From Podarcis filfolensis (lineage: Eukaryota), in assembly GCA_964270895.1 (NCBI GenBank), contig OZ185439.1: a stretch of DNA of 64,000 bases; one strand, given 5' to 3'. The translations under genes were made by a program, and so were the position numbers. This document shows, in pieces, positions 23,460 to 37,022 of this stretch. The notes beneath the pieces were generated by a model, which was given only the letters and a program-made list of their open reading frames with translations, made no database searches and was not told the origin of the DNA. Each line of letters begins with the position of its first letter. The first letter of the stretch is position 1.

Positions 23460-26400
23460 AATGGGAACAATTTGTGGATGTTGTCGTTTCAAGTTATTCC
23501 AGTCCTAATTGAGAAACAGAATATGAGGTCAGAATATAGGTGATGGGGGGATTTGAAAATGGTCTACATTGAAGTGCTTAGCCGGGAGCCAGTAACCCTT
23601 TTAATATTACTTCAGGCCATTTTTCTGACACTACTTGATAAGCAGAAGTTCAAAGAAAATTGTTGTTAAATAAAAATATGCTATAGATTAAGAGGACCAG
23701 TTGATTACGTGTGTGCTGAACTATTTGTCTGTTTTTGTACGATAGCCATAATTTTAGTAAATAATTAAATACAATGAGGTAAAAGAATTGCATTTAGACT
23801 AATAAAGAAAATTGACTATTCATCCTGCAGTAATAAAGAAAAATAGCACAAGGCATACACATGCCAGTATCAATGTGCATTCAACTGCATTCACAAATGT
23901 TGGAGATCCTTATTGGTAAAAGCTGCTTTTATTCTGGAGAGGATGCTGTAACTCTTTGTCTCAGCCTGTTTTTATCCCTAATCCCCAGTCTCTCTCTGTG
24001 TGTCTCTTCCCCTGTCATTATTCTTCTGAGTCCAGACAGGGAACCTGTTTTTAATTTTAATCTGTCATGTCTGTCTCATAAAACATTCACTGTATCATAT
24101 GACTGTTGTGCAATGTTCAAGTGAATATCTCATCATAGGAAAAGCTTGTAGAGCTGCCTTGAAATAATATACACCAAACCTTAAAACTAAAAGGGCAATA
24201 ATTTTCTTCAGGTTAGGGTTCCAAATTAATTAGGAAAACTACCAGACAGCCTGGTTTGGGAGATATCAGACCTGACTCATGGCTGAATGTCCAATTTTTG
24301 TTATTTTAATTTTGCACTGTATGCACAGTACTGAGCATAAGTGGGTGCTACATTAAGATGGAAATGACTGGGGTGGCACTGGGCAGATTTCATGCTGCCA
24401 ATGGCCTCTGGATTGGGCCTCCTCATTGTAAGTGGCAGTGAAAAGGAGCCTGGTTGAAATGCCTGGCTTGCTCACAAATGTTGTGAATTAGTAAAGAACT
24501 TTGAACCTGGCTCGGTAACACATTGGTAGAGCCAATTCAACAGTCCTGATGATTTGCTAATTTCCATTTGCTAATTTCACAAATAGCATCTCATCTTAAT
24601 TTGGCCCTTAGCTGCAGTGTTTTGTAAGAGAATTTGAATTGGATGCTGGCTGAGGTTTCTCCTGAGAATTGAGCACAGTGAATTTGGTGGGCATATTTAA
24701 AATCTCTGTGTGGCCAATATGACAGTGAGTTGAAACATGAAGAGGTGTACTGTATAGCACACAAAACATGTGTGCATCTTTGATCGATTGTTTTCCTTAC
24801 AGTTGCTAAAGCACTGTGAAACGTTTTAGGCTGGAGAGTTAAAAGATAGAACATTGAAAAGGGAGCCAAGCCAAATATAAATACCATGTTAACTCTGATT
24901 ATTCACACACTGATGCTTTTCTTAAAATAAAAGCATCTTGTTTCAAGGCTGTCACATGGGCTTGATCAAACTGAAAGAATGTCAGGGTTTGCTGATCATG
25001 TCTATGATGTATTTATATTCCAAAGAGTTCCAGAGCATCAGGTAGCATAAATTGTCATATAATGGACAGGAATATTCCCTATCATTATGCATTGTGCTCC
25101 AGTACAGGCAGCACACTGCAAAGTTGTCTCCTCTCCTCTAACCTACCTCCCAATAACCAGAATGCAATAAAGTGCAAAGGCAGCGAGAAGGTAAAATGAG
25201 TTGGGTAGGGGGAAGAGAAGGGGTGGGGGGGGGGACACTATTAGAAATGTATGACATTCTAGCAGCACAGCAGGAACACTTGCCAAGAAAAGCAATATTT
25301 TGAACCTCCCATGCATGTGGTTTATGTGTAAAAAACCAGAGAAGGAAAAGAAAATAGATTTAAAAAACCTCAGTGTTTACGTGAATGATCAAAAGATGGC
25401 AAAAGGTTTTGCAAGTAACAAGGTGATTAATGATGGGAAGCAATGAATGGAGACTTCTAGTATAATTATTGTACTAGCTTTTCATGACCGGCACACTGCC
25501 TAACAGAGGACAGTGGGGAACTTTGTCACTGAAAACATAGTTGAAAATGTTAACACTAACCAACGGCTAGCTACTCAGTAGTTTGCATTAGTAGTGTCCC
25601 ATAGATCATTTTTCACACATGTTTCTTTTCTTGTTATGATTTCCCCCCCAAAGAACAAAACAGTAGAATGTTACTATCCAAGACCTGCTGAACTCTTACA
25701 CTGCTGGAACTCTGCTCTGTGGGTATTAAAATCTTTATTACACAGCTTCTCAGCATGTACCATATTTTTATGACAGAGTCTGGCGTTATTCAGTTAATCT
25801 TTCTTTTAGTTCTTTTATCCAAAATACTGAGGGTTGTTTTTTTATAGTTTAGATAAGCTTTTGCACAGTGCTGCATTTGTGTTTGTTCCTGTTTTGATGC
25901 TTTCTAGTCTAAAATATGATAAAAAGAAAATACTTTCCTGTTATTAGGGGGTTGTTGTTTTGTGTGTGTGTGTGTTTGTGGGAGACAGGCATTAATATTC
26001 ATACTGTTACACACATGGAATATGGAATTAGAACCTGCCCACTTGAGAAGGCTCAGAGGTTCATCTTGCAACATCTTCTGAGAAAGTGAGCTTACAGCGA
26101 GTTACGGGAAGTCACCCTTTGGAGCACTGTCTTAGCACTTTGCACATTGTGTAGACGCAAACATGTGTTTGCCACTGAGTATACACTTAACTGGAGGCTG
26201 CAACCAATTGGCTGTCTGATCAGTGTACCTGTATGATGCGTGTTTGATTTCATGTATATTTAAAACATCTTAGATGTGTGAAGCGGCCTTTTCCTGATAT
26301 TTGTAATTCTTGCACAGGGCTCTCTTTCCTTTCCTTTCCTTTCCTTGATTGAGGATGAAAGTCAAAGTGAATTAATGCAGAGTTAAGATCAGTTGAAATC

Positions 26401-29400
26401 AACAGCTCCCGAGTAGGTGTGGGTATGATAGAGTAAAAAAGGAAATGAACCTTTAAAGATTTCTTATGCTAAGGTGTGTATCTTTCCCAGTAACAGCTCT
26501 CTGAATAATGTTGCAATATGACCAAGATTAGCTCTGAATTCTCTACTTTTGTTATTGTCAATAAAATAGATATTACCTATTCTTGTTGGCATCCATCCAT
26601 CTCAAGGGACAATGCAAGAGTATGCCATCGGGAATAAATTCAAACTGTTGAAGAGTAACAGTATCTGCTGTAGCTGTAGAGACCAAAATGGGAGAGACAT
26701 GTTTTATTGCAGCTGGGGCAGATGAAGGCGTCCGGTTTCACTGATACAGATGTACCTATTCTAGGTCTTTTTCAGATTCGTGTCGGCCCCTGGCCCCTGG
26801 CCCTGAACACTGTTAAAAGAAATTGTGGTTTCTAAATGTTATTGTACTAGCACTGGGTTGCTGCTTTGTTTTGAAAACGTGATCCAATTCCAAGCTGTGT
26901 TAAATGTGATTTTGTGCAGCCTTTGAGTATTATGGTGATGAGTAAAAATTAAAACATGCCTATTGCAAATCAGTGTGCTACATGCTGATCACAATACCAA
27001 AGAGACACACAACCACTTTGGACTTTATTGTCTGGTTGATTCAGACAGGAGAAAGGTGAAGTGAAAGAACAAAATCTGAATTAGCAGAAAGTGCAAACAT
27101 TTGTGATTACCCAGTAAAGAGATGAGAAGTCCATTTTGAGGTTCGAGCTAGATAAGAGGAAGCAGTTCCAAATATAAGGGAAGAAATTGAGGGAAAGCAC
27201 GGATTTGGAACCAAGAGAGATTAGTTACCCATGTGTGATTATGGGTAATCTAATATGGATAATCATGCTTTATGGGTGTTTCATTACAGCCTAGTTGTTT
27301 GGGTAAGTTGTAGAAATCCTGCAGAGAGTTCCCATGCGTGGTTACTGTTATTTCTTCCAGAACAGAATTTCTCCCCCACTGTATTTTCTTTTACTGCTTT
27401 GGGGCCTGTTTTGAAGACATGTTTGTGGTTCATTCAAGTAGAGCAGAGGTGGGAGTTCTGTAGCTTTATGGAGTGTTTCATATATTCTTTCTTTGTCCAT
27501 ATGATACTTATGTATTTATTTATTCATAACCATTCAGCCAAATGGGTTTTTGATGGAGAGCAACACATCTTGCATTTCAAAATAGAAGCTGTCCTGACAG
27601 GGACTTAAAATGCACTTGCAGTCAAGGTTCTGAAACTGTTTCCATTTCAATGAAATGCATGCTTGTTTCTTTCACAAAGTGAAAGTGTGCAGCTATTCTA
27701 GTTAGCCTGAAGGGAGGGTGGGGTGTCTCTGATTCACATGGTATAAGTCCGGATGCTCTCGTTTATTTTCACAAAGTGTCCTGTCTTAAAGTAAAATATT
27801 GTACATATATAATGTTGATTTATAAAAATACTACAACCTATGTTATTCATGTTCAAAATAAGTGGCATGTTTTGAAAACAAAGGTAAAATATGAAAACCT
27901 ACTCCCAAGTAATTCCATGCCAATTTAACTACAACAACAGCTAGCCCAAATAAAATGGTCTTGCATTGGTTCTGGGTAATTAAATCAAGCTGAAGAACCC
28001 TTGGAATGCTATTAATTATTCTGAAAATAAGAAGGACGACTGCTTTGGGAAACTGTGCTATTCACAAGGGTGATTCTAGTGTAATATCAAACCATGATTT
28101 GGAAATTGAAAAAAACAGGAGGCTATGGGGCTCCTGAGAGACCAACCCCCTGTTCCCTTATGTGTGTTGATTCCCTGAATCTGATTGAAGTATTAGGCAA
28201 ACAGTAGTTGTGTTTACTCTGCAAACCAGCATCAGAAACCAAGGTTTAGAATGTTTGCCTCCAACTTGGTGGCGAGTCCCTCTGTAGAGTAGTCCCGTCA
28301 ATATACAGGTTAATGTTTGAAATTTCTCCAGTGCATCAACTCCTTTAGAGGTGGCCCACCCCTTTCCTAACCAATAGGAATAAGGGATGTTGATGACCCA
28401 CGATCTCCATTCCATGGGATGATGGATGCCTTGACAAATAGGAGCAAACACTAGCCTGTACATTGAAGGGAATACATCTATGGAGTCACTATGTATAGGG
28501 GCACAAGCCCCAAACATTTTGAATTAACACCTACCCTGTAGATTGGGGGTGTGTGTGTGTCATAAAACCTGCTCCATCAGATCAAGAACAATGCGATGGT
28601 GATGTGTGTAGGGCACAAATTATCATTGAAACAAACTCCCCCCAATAATATAAAATTCACATAAAATTCAAATTTTATATCAAGCTATATAAAAATTATA
28701 TTAAAAGGCAGGACTTCTGGGGGAAAGGATAAGGGCTACCCGTAACTTTATTGATGACATAAACTAGGTATTCTTTTTGTACATCACCCTGGAGGAAGAC
28801 TGATGTAGAAGTATGAATAAATAAAATTTTTACTCTATAAGAAGTACAGTAGGAAGTGGTGTATGTCCTCTCCACCTCCAAGGTATTCTAATTCAGACAG
28901 TTTTCTTTTTAATATGAAATCTTTGTCAATATAGAAATCATGTTCCATGTGAAGGATATTTACTAGATTATAAAGTAATCTGAAAATCACAAGGATACAT
29001 TGTTAGAAGTATTTAAAACACTTCCCAGAGATCTGCATGAGTCTAACATGTGCCAACCACGTGCCTATGCAAAGCCTGCAAGCAGAATCCTAATGCAAGA
29101 GCCCTCTCCCCTTCAGCTGGTATTCAGAAGCTGGCTATAGTTAAAACCAATTATATTAAAAAATCTAATATAGCAGACTTGACCCATTCACATTTAATTT
29201 TAGTTTTATTAATATAGAAACATAATTCAAGGCAAGGTTTAAGTTATAGTCTATAACTGGCTGGCAAAAAAAGAGATAAAATTAAAAAATTAGTTTTAAT
29301 AAAAATAAAAAAAGATGCAGAAGCAGAAAATTACAGCTCTATTTCTGCCACATTTTCTTAAAAACAAAATAAACCAATATATATGAAGCAAATATAGATT

Positions 29401-29454
29401 CATTAAATGTAATAATCAGTGTCATCTGGGCCCTAGGGTTAGGACAAGCCGCAT

Positions 29455-29540
29455 CTTTGTGGGATTTCCATTGGCATCTGACTGCCCATTGTGGGAAACA
29501 GAATGCTGGACTAGGTAGGACTTTCATACAGCAGCATTTG
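29455..29540 (+). mobile_element. CR1-type 3' end fragment
   Basis: cattggcatctgactgcccattgtgggaaacagaatgctggactagg resembles the reptile CR1 3' terminus. Confidence 0.55.
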
Positions 29541-31442
29541 TCTCATGAACTTGTGTTTACGCTAACTTCCAAATCCCTGCACCATGCAGGAAGGAGATCA
29601 CAGAATTTCCATTTCATCAGTTTTATTGACACACAGGAATTAGGTTTCATATTTGCACTGATGGACAGAATAAGCTTTGGAAATTGCATGTTTTTCGTAG
29701 TCCTCCCCCCCCCCCATTCTGAGCCATTAGTGCTGGGAAATCCACAGGAATCTCCATTTGCTGCACTGTGCAATCATGTTGCTCTTACTGATGAGCATAC
29801 ATATGGCTCTTATTCCTTCTTATTTATGCTTCTTAGATGTGAAACATAATTCTGTCCTGCCAAGACCTTAGGTCTGTGCTGAAATGACTAACCAAACAGA
29901 CACAAAAAGTTTATAAATTCCAAGAAGTGAAAAGCAACCAGCACAAATTTAGGATCGTTTCTTGATTAGGCAAAGTTGAAGTACTTTTAAATCTCAAAAA
30001 CATTTTTTTTATTGATAAAGGAGGGTTCTGCATCTTCCAAGTACAATTTACTTCAAGTAACAGCAAACATCTTGGTTTGTGCTCAGTTTAATTTGGCTGG
30101 ATTGAGCCCATTGATTCTAGTTATATCTCCGAAACAGAAGAGATGGCCAACTTTACTTAACCATGCAGTTTCTGACGGCTAATGAACTACTGAAAGCCTT
30201 TCTTGGTCATGGTTCCATTGATGTCCCAAAGTTTCCTGTAGTGTTTGATTTAAGATCTAAGTCCTATTAAGTAAACTAAGGCTGCCAGTCTCCTCCAAAC
30301 CAGTAATCCCTGCAAATGCAGTAATTTCCATTCCTTTTCAAAACCCCAACTAATAATACTTGCAGGTATAGTTAATAATGCAAGAAAAACTCACTCCTTT
30401 TTTTAGTGCAGCAGTTATGAATAATCATGGTCACACTGAAGATCTAACTTGCAGTTCCTAGTCACATTTAAAATAGCTGCCATATGGATTGTGGGGGGAA
30501 ATGCAGATGGAATTAGTTGTACATGAGTGGCAAGACTGCTGTAGGTGGAAGCTTGCCTGCGTCAATCTTTAATCTAATGTTTGACCAGGAGATGACAGAA
30601 AAATAAAGCAGCATATTCTGTGTGGGCACTATACTGAGCTTGGTTGGAGCATAAAGCCTTGTTACGTGTCCACCAGCACAATGTAAATATTTAAAGGTCC
30701 CTGTTGGACAGAGAGTTGTTCAAGAGCCTTCTGTTTGTAATCATTTGTTAAAGTAAACGTTTCTTATTATACATGGAGCTGTGGTAGGTTTCTGCACTTA
30801 AAAGCTTGGCTGAAAAGCTGAAGTCATGTGCTGTTCTTTGAGCACACTGTCATCCTCCCATGTAGATGAGTCTCTCCTGCTTTCTATATTAGCAAATTCT
30901 GTCATACTGATTTGGTAAAAATGTATATCACTGGCTTGTAAAGGTAGCTCAAACTACAGTTTGAACTTTGGAACAGGGCCATCCCTATCTAGACTCCAAA
31001 AGTCTACCATCTTCTCTGATATGGGCACAAATTATTTGTGACTGTTAGGAACCCAGCCTTCTGCCCTTAAATTCTTGAGCAGTTTCCTGAAGCAGAACCC
31101 AAACAGAAGCAAGGGAAATGTGAAATAAATGGGTCAAAAAGCCTAAAGAGAAGTGAAGCTTGGGCTGATTTGGGAAACAGGAAGAAGGAAGAGGCAAAGG
31201 AGTGTTTGAGGGTTGAGTGCCCAGGGGAAGGAAAGGGAGCAAATGAAACTGTAGCTAGAGGTAAGGTGAGCAATGGAAGGGATGGGATGAAGATGCAGAG
31301 AGTCTGAAGAATGAGAACTGGACTAAGTGGCAAATAAAAAAAGTCAAAGCTAAGCAAGCATGTTGCCTTCATTTTTTACTGCAATCTTATACTCAGTTAG
31401 TACCTTTAAAATGCATTCTCTATAAACACAACATTTAAACTA

Positions 31443-31843
31443 CTGGACCATAAAGAAAGCTGATCGCCGAAGAATCGATGCTTTTGAATTATGGTGCTGG
31501 AGGAGACTCTTGAGAGTCCCATGGACTGCAAGAAGATCAAACCTATCCATTCTGAAGGAAATCAGCCCTGAGTGCTCACTGGAAGGACAGGTCCTGAAGC
31601 TGAGGCTCCAATACTTTGGCACCTCATGAAAAGAGAAGACTCCCTGGAAAAGACCCTGATGTTGGGAAAGATGGAGGGCACAAGGAGAAGGGGACGACAG
31701 AGGACGAGATGGTTGGACAGTGTTCTTGAAGCTACCAGCATGAGTTTGACCAAACTGTGGGAGGCAGTGGAAGACAGGAGTGCCTGGCATGCTCTGGTCC
31801 ATGGGGTCACGAAGAGTCGGACACCACTAAACGACTAAACAAC
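31443..31843 (+). mobile_element. BovB (RTE) LINE, 5'-truncated 3' fragment with a frameshift
   Basis: Encodes WTIKKADRRRIDAFELWCWRRLLRVPWTARRSNLSILKEISPECSLEGQVLKLRLQYFG, then after a 1-nt frameshift HLMKREDSLEKTLMLGKMEGTRRRGRQRTRWLDSV...VTKSRT. Ends ctaaacaac. Confidence 0.95.
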
Positions 31844-31849
31844 GATACA

Positions 31850-32120
31850 TTTTTCATGGGGCTACCTTTGAAGACTGTTCATAAACTTCAGATCATTCTG
31901 TATTTATTTGATTCCATTTATGAATTACTGCTCATGAAATTTCTTGAAGTGATTTCGCAGTAAAAACATGTGAATTCTGCAGCCAGACTGTTGACTAGGG
32001 CTACTTGTAGGGAGCAGCCCCTATATTAAAACAACTTCATTGGCTCTCAGTCTGTTTCAGGGTGCATTTCAAAATGCTAGTTTTGACCTACAAAGCCCTA
32101 CTTGATTTGGAATTGAGTTA
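31850..32120 (+). mobile_element. L2 LINE ORF2 C-terminal relic
   Basis: Peptide remnants FMGLPLKTVHKLQ and LKQLHWLSVCFRVHFKMLVLTYKAL match the L2 pattern GLPLKTVRKLQ...LHWLPV..R..FKVLVLTYKAL. Confidence 0.75.
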
Positions 32121-32632
32121 TCTTTTTTTTTTTAAAAAAAGCTGCTCTTCTATGGTCTTCTGACTTGGGTTTTATTATCTTTGGGGCTCATCTGTCTTTC
32201 TTTCCTGCCAGAATTTGAAGTAGCCTGTTTGGGGGAAATCAGGTTTGTCTGGGGCACATCTGTTTGGAGAAGGCAGGTTTAATGTGACATGAGAACCAGG
32301 CCATTGTATACATCATGAATACAAATAAAATATCTGCCCAGAAAGCTTTCTTAAATCAAGATTTTGGCGTAACATAAAACTGTATATCAAAGAATGTCAA
32401 TATTTGAAATAAGTGAGCTAGGGAAAAAATCTTGTTGAACAATAACTGCTTCAATAGGCAAATCATTTCCTAATAACTTGAGGCAAGGGAGCTGCAAAAT
32501 ATGAGTTCCTTTCCCTTCAGTTGCAAAATTCCAAACACAACAACAGTAACAGTGACTTAGGAAGTGAAATCTCTCTCACATTAAAGCACCAACAATCTTA
32601 AAGGCACAGAAGCACAAACTTATATAGCACTA

Positions 32633-32880
32633 GAAGAAGAAGAAGAGTTTGCATTTGATATCCCGCTTTATCACTACCCGAAGGAGTCTCAAAGCGGCTA
32701 ACCTTCTCCTTTCCCTTCCTCCCCCACAACAAACACTCTGTGAGGTGAGTGGGGCTGAGAGACTTCAGAGAAGTGTGACTGGCCCAAGGTCACCCAGCAG
32801 CTGAATGTGGAGGAGCGGAGACGCGAATCTGGTTCTCCAGATTACGAGTCTACCGCTCTCAACCACTACACCACACTGGC
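32633..32880 (-). mobile_element. tRNA-derived SINE with a MIR/CORE-like middle and (CTT)n tail; CpG-rich, so relatively young
   Basis: Minus-strand head gccagtgtggtgtagtggttgagagcggtagactc (A box), core gtgaccttgggccagtcac...ctcagccccactcacctcacag, tail cttcttcttc. Confidence 0.85.
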
Positions 32881-32950
32881 ATTAAAACCAGACAATATTA
32901 ATGAAATATCTCAAGTGTTCATTCAGAACTCTAGGACGTAATGTATGTAA

Positions 32951-33116
32951 GGGAAGGGTTGTAGCTCAGTGGTAAAGTGTCTGCCTTCAATCTCCAGGTA
33001 GGGTTAAGAGACACTCCCTGCTTGAAATCCTGGACAGCCACTGCCAGTCAGTGTAGACAGTACTGAGTTAATGGATCAATAGTCTGACTCGGTATAAGGC
33101 AGCTTCCTGTATTCCT
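32951..33116 (+). mobile_element. tRNA-derived SINE (Squam3-like), internally deleted
   Basis: Head gtagctcagtggtaaag, body ccactgccagtcagtgtagac, tail gtataaggcagcttcct. Confidence 0.8.
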
Positions 33117-36069
33117 GTGTGAATCGCAAAAGCCTCACATCGAATTAACAAATTGATTTATATTAAACCAATGGATTCAGTTCATCTATGCTAAAAACTG
33201 AGAAGTTGAATAAGCCAATGTTGTTTGTATTCCTGCTTTTATTTGTCGAATCCTAAGTCTTACAGGTTGAATGGTCTTGCTAGCATAGTGTAAACTGTGT
33301 TAACACTTCAAAACACAAATATCCTAAGCAGAATTGAAATTAGAAAAATGCCTTCATGTGAACATTCTTGTGTTTGCTTTTGTTTTGTCTAACGTAAGAT
33401 CAATGTTGTACAGTTTGCAGGTTTGTTCAGTGATGCAAAGAAAATATTTTCATTTAATTTAATATATTACCTGCTTTACCTGGGGAGATGGATACAGAAT
33501 CTCCTGGAGCTGTAAGCTTCTGGTGATGTAGATGGTATACTTGTAAGGGTCTTAGGACAGCAACTGCATCAACTTACCATTTGCTTCCAGGAGATAATGG
33601 TTCAAAAGATACCAGCACTGCCTCATTATTACGTGCGTCCCTTTTTTCCTGCCTCGTTAATGGCAATTTCAAGTTCAGTTCTCCTGGGAAAATCTCCTAG
33701 TTAATTGAGGTAGTGACATTTTTCTCTGATTTAATATAATTATTTTATCAAATACTGGAAAAGATTAACTGGCAGCTCAATTAAGTACACTTTAGATAAA
33801 ATGTTGAAGGTGGATGTAGTTTGTTGAGTTGGTGTTTCTCTGTGCTTATCACCCACATTTTGCAGACATGCTTCTCCTTGGCAAGTAAGGTTTTCCATCT
33901 GTTGTGCTTTATCAGAGAGATGCACATCTTTGGTGTGCTTTGATCTGCTCAGCTATGATTAGCTGGGAGTGAGGGCCTAATCCATCATGATTTGCTGGAG
34001 GGAAAAATATTATCTCTGACGTTTTTCTGTACCCACTATATAAGAATCCATGCAATCAATCTTTCTGGGGGGGGAAACTAGTCCATAAATATATCTTAAT
34101 ATCCCTGGGCATCCCAAGGTATCATGAGCAGAGATTAACCTTGCCAGTGGCTTTGGACATGAATTACACCAATGTAGTCTCAAATTTCAGCAACACCCTA
34201 GCCACATCTCACCTTCCATGAAACATCATAGTTGTGACGTCCCCTGTGGTGCCCTGAGGCTCCGTGCCCCATGCGACCGGTCCCCTAAATCCGGTTCCAT
34301 GCCCCCTATAGGACCGGTCCTATAATTATAATGAAGTGTAAACCTTGCCGTTCCTCTCCCTGTGCTTATGTATCATGTCTGCAGCCTGGATATATGGGAA
34401 GAGTGTGAATCTTTTTGGGTGGGAGAGAGAAATGCACATCTCTTGACACAGAACAGTCTTCACCAGCCTAGTGTCGTCTAGCTGTTCTGGATTACAACTC
34501 CTATCAGCCCCAGCTATTTGGATCTATCTGTCAAGTTATAATAAAAATAATAGATCCATCAATCTGATTTTTTTTTTGTTAGAGATATAGGCAAATTGTA
34601 TGTTAAGAAATGGAACATAAAATAGACGTCCCCAAATTTTATGTCCAGTATTGTTATTTAGATGTGAAGTGCTAAAGAGATAAGTGAATTCCATATTGTT
34701 TCATTATTATTTCCACGCCAGTATGATCCCATTAATTAGGATTTTGTAGGGGTACTATAAGTTGTAGTTCATCCTTTTTTAGTTCCGGTGCAATTAGGAA
34801 AATGCACAATTCCATCAGTGCATGCATTCCTTCTACATCTGTAGCTGTAGAATCACTCCATGTGGGGAATGTAACACACATAAGTTTGAGCCATATATAA
34901 ATCTGTTCCCTTTCCCCCAAAGTTTAGTTTGACAGAAGCCAGGATTTAGATGGAAGGCATACACTCTGTTCTGTTGAATAGTTCTAATAAAGATTTACAC
35001 CACGCTTCATTTTGGCCCACAAATGATTAAACAGTAATGCAATGCTGCCATGTACCATCCATTAGACTCTATGGATCAAATTATTTACAACAGCTTTTTC
35101 ATTACAAAATTTATTTTAGCTCATAATATAATTGTTGTTGACAGCTAATGCCATCAATCAAATTATATTTTGCCCTTTTTTTGCCCAGTTGATGGATGGC
35201 TTTGGTACCGAAATGTTCCACAACAAAATATTTGTGTGCGCAAAACCTGTATTCATAGGGCACAAGTAAGAAATGGCTTCTCTTTGGAGTCTAGAGGTCA
35301 TAAAGCACTGTTCATATAAAATCAATTTCTGGATAAAGGAGGTTCAACAGCCTTGATATCTTATATTTGTATGCATGCTCGTTTCTCGCCAAATTTCTCA
35401 TAGCAGTTCCCATTAAATATTAAGCAAGCCCAATATAAACATTGTGGACATCTGCTGTTTTGTTACCAAAAATGTAATGCCCTAGCTCCTAGATTTATGA
35501 AGTTTATTATTTCGTAGCTCTGTCAAGCAGGTAGGGTGATAAATCTGTGAGCCTGTGCATTGCACCTGCTTTGGATGGGAACTGACCTTAGCTCCCATTC
35601 AGAAGGACCACCATCCATCCACTGATGAAACATGCCCAGAAGCATGGTGGAGGGCAGTGGCTGCCACTACCACAGCAGCAGTGGCAACTGCTGTTTGGAC
35701 CACCGCAGCTGGGCTCCCCTCCCCCACTCTGGTTGGCAGGGGAGAGAGAGCTCATCACCAGGACCCTGCCAAGCGCCCCCTGCTTCTCCAAAGCCCTGTT
35801 CCCTTGTCACCAGGCAGAATTAAGGCAAGGAGGAGAGAGAGAAATAGCAGTGGAGTAAGACAGCGAGAAATTAAAGGAGCTTCAGACCCTGTTTGGCTTA
35901 TCTGTTGGGTAGGTGACGTACATGGGAAACACCTTCTAGTGAAGTCAGAATTTGAAAATGACCCAGTCTTTCACCAGGAGGACGTGCTTTTTTTGAAAAT
36001 CAAAATCTACGCGTTCTGCTCTGTAGTGCACAAGGCAATGGACAGATGAAAGTGAACGTGTAATACACA

Positions 36070-36200
36070 GGAAATGAAAGGAACCATGGGAGCACCCTTC
36101 ATGTCCTTCTTGTTGGCTTCCCATTGGCCACAGTGGAAAACAGGATGCTGGGCTAGGTGAACATTTAGTTTGATCCAGTAGGGCTCTAATGTAGCCATTA
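36070..36200 (+). mobile_element. CR1-type 3' end fragment
   Basis: ttggccacagtggaaaacaggatgctgggctagg...tgatccagtagggctc. Confidence 0.6.
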
Positions 36201-36491
36201 TGGACTTGAAAGACAATCTTCAGTGCTATTTCAGAACAAAGCCATACGGTGCATGATCTGACGTTTCCAAAGGGGTAGCAGTTTCTTGTAGCAAAGGCAG
36301 CAGTCTTCTGGCACCTTAAAGGCTAACACATTTGTTATGGACAAGCTTTTGTGGACTACAGTTGATGTTTCCAGATGCATGAAGGTTTATCCTGAGCTGC
36401 AGTTATGTGTGTGTATCAGCCATTTGTAGCCCATCCTGGGCACTGACACTTCCCTCTCACATCCCTTGAATGGCAGGCCTGTAGTTGCTTA

Positions 36492-36498
<7 letters not shown>

Positions 36499-36535
<37 letters not shown>
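36499..36535. repeat. (CT)n microsatellite
   Basis: Read directly. Confidence 0.95.
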
Positions 36536-36537
<2 letters not shown>

Positions 36538-36761
36538 CCCCCACCCCCCCTAAAAGAGTTCCACAACAACAGGTCACACAGCAGAGAAACAAGTAAAGTG
36601 ATGGGCAATACTACAGAACCGAATAATGACATCAAGTTATTCACCTGCCCATCTTCCAGTGTGACGTATGCCATTATCTGCCAACCATGCTCTTCTGCAT
36701 TCTATTTGTGACAAATAGGCCTGTCTCTGTGCAAACAAATAACACAAATATGGCAATATTA

Positions 36762-36805
36762 AAACAAACAAACAAACAAACAAACAAACAAACAAACAAA
36801 CAAAC
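36762..36805. repeat. (AAAC)n microsatellite inside the Penelope relic
   Basis: About 11 tetramer units read directly. Confidence 0.95.
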
Positions 36806-36954
36806 AGTGATAAACATGCCGTCCTACCAGGACAGCCTGTAACCAATATTAAAGGAAACATATTGTAACAAAGTAATCTCAAAGGGAGACTGTGACATGA
36901 AACAGCTGAACCACAATACATCAAGAGGTTCAGTGCTATAATTTGTAGATATAA

Positions 36955-36966
36955 TATCTATCTATC

Positions 36967-37008
<42 letters not shown>

Positions 37009-37022
37009 ATCTATCATCTATC
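36955..37022. repeat. (TATC)n microsatellite
   Basis: Imperfect GATA-type tetramer array read directly. Confidence 0.95.

Noticed and set aside
26935-26988. C/D snoRNA-like GTGATGA...CTGA
   Set aside because: No terminal stem, no clear internal C'/D' boxes and no recognisable rRNA-complementary guide.
35617-35651. Hammerhead-like CTGATGA followed by a catgc/gcatg hairpin
   Set aside because: No GAAA follows stem II, so the catalytic core is incomplete.
35555-36049. 164-aa ORF (+) in a GC-richer patch
   Set aside because: Low-complexity with no recognisable domain. The nearby gcgccccctgct is only a partial CTCF match and lacks the conserved CC.
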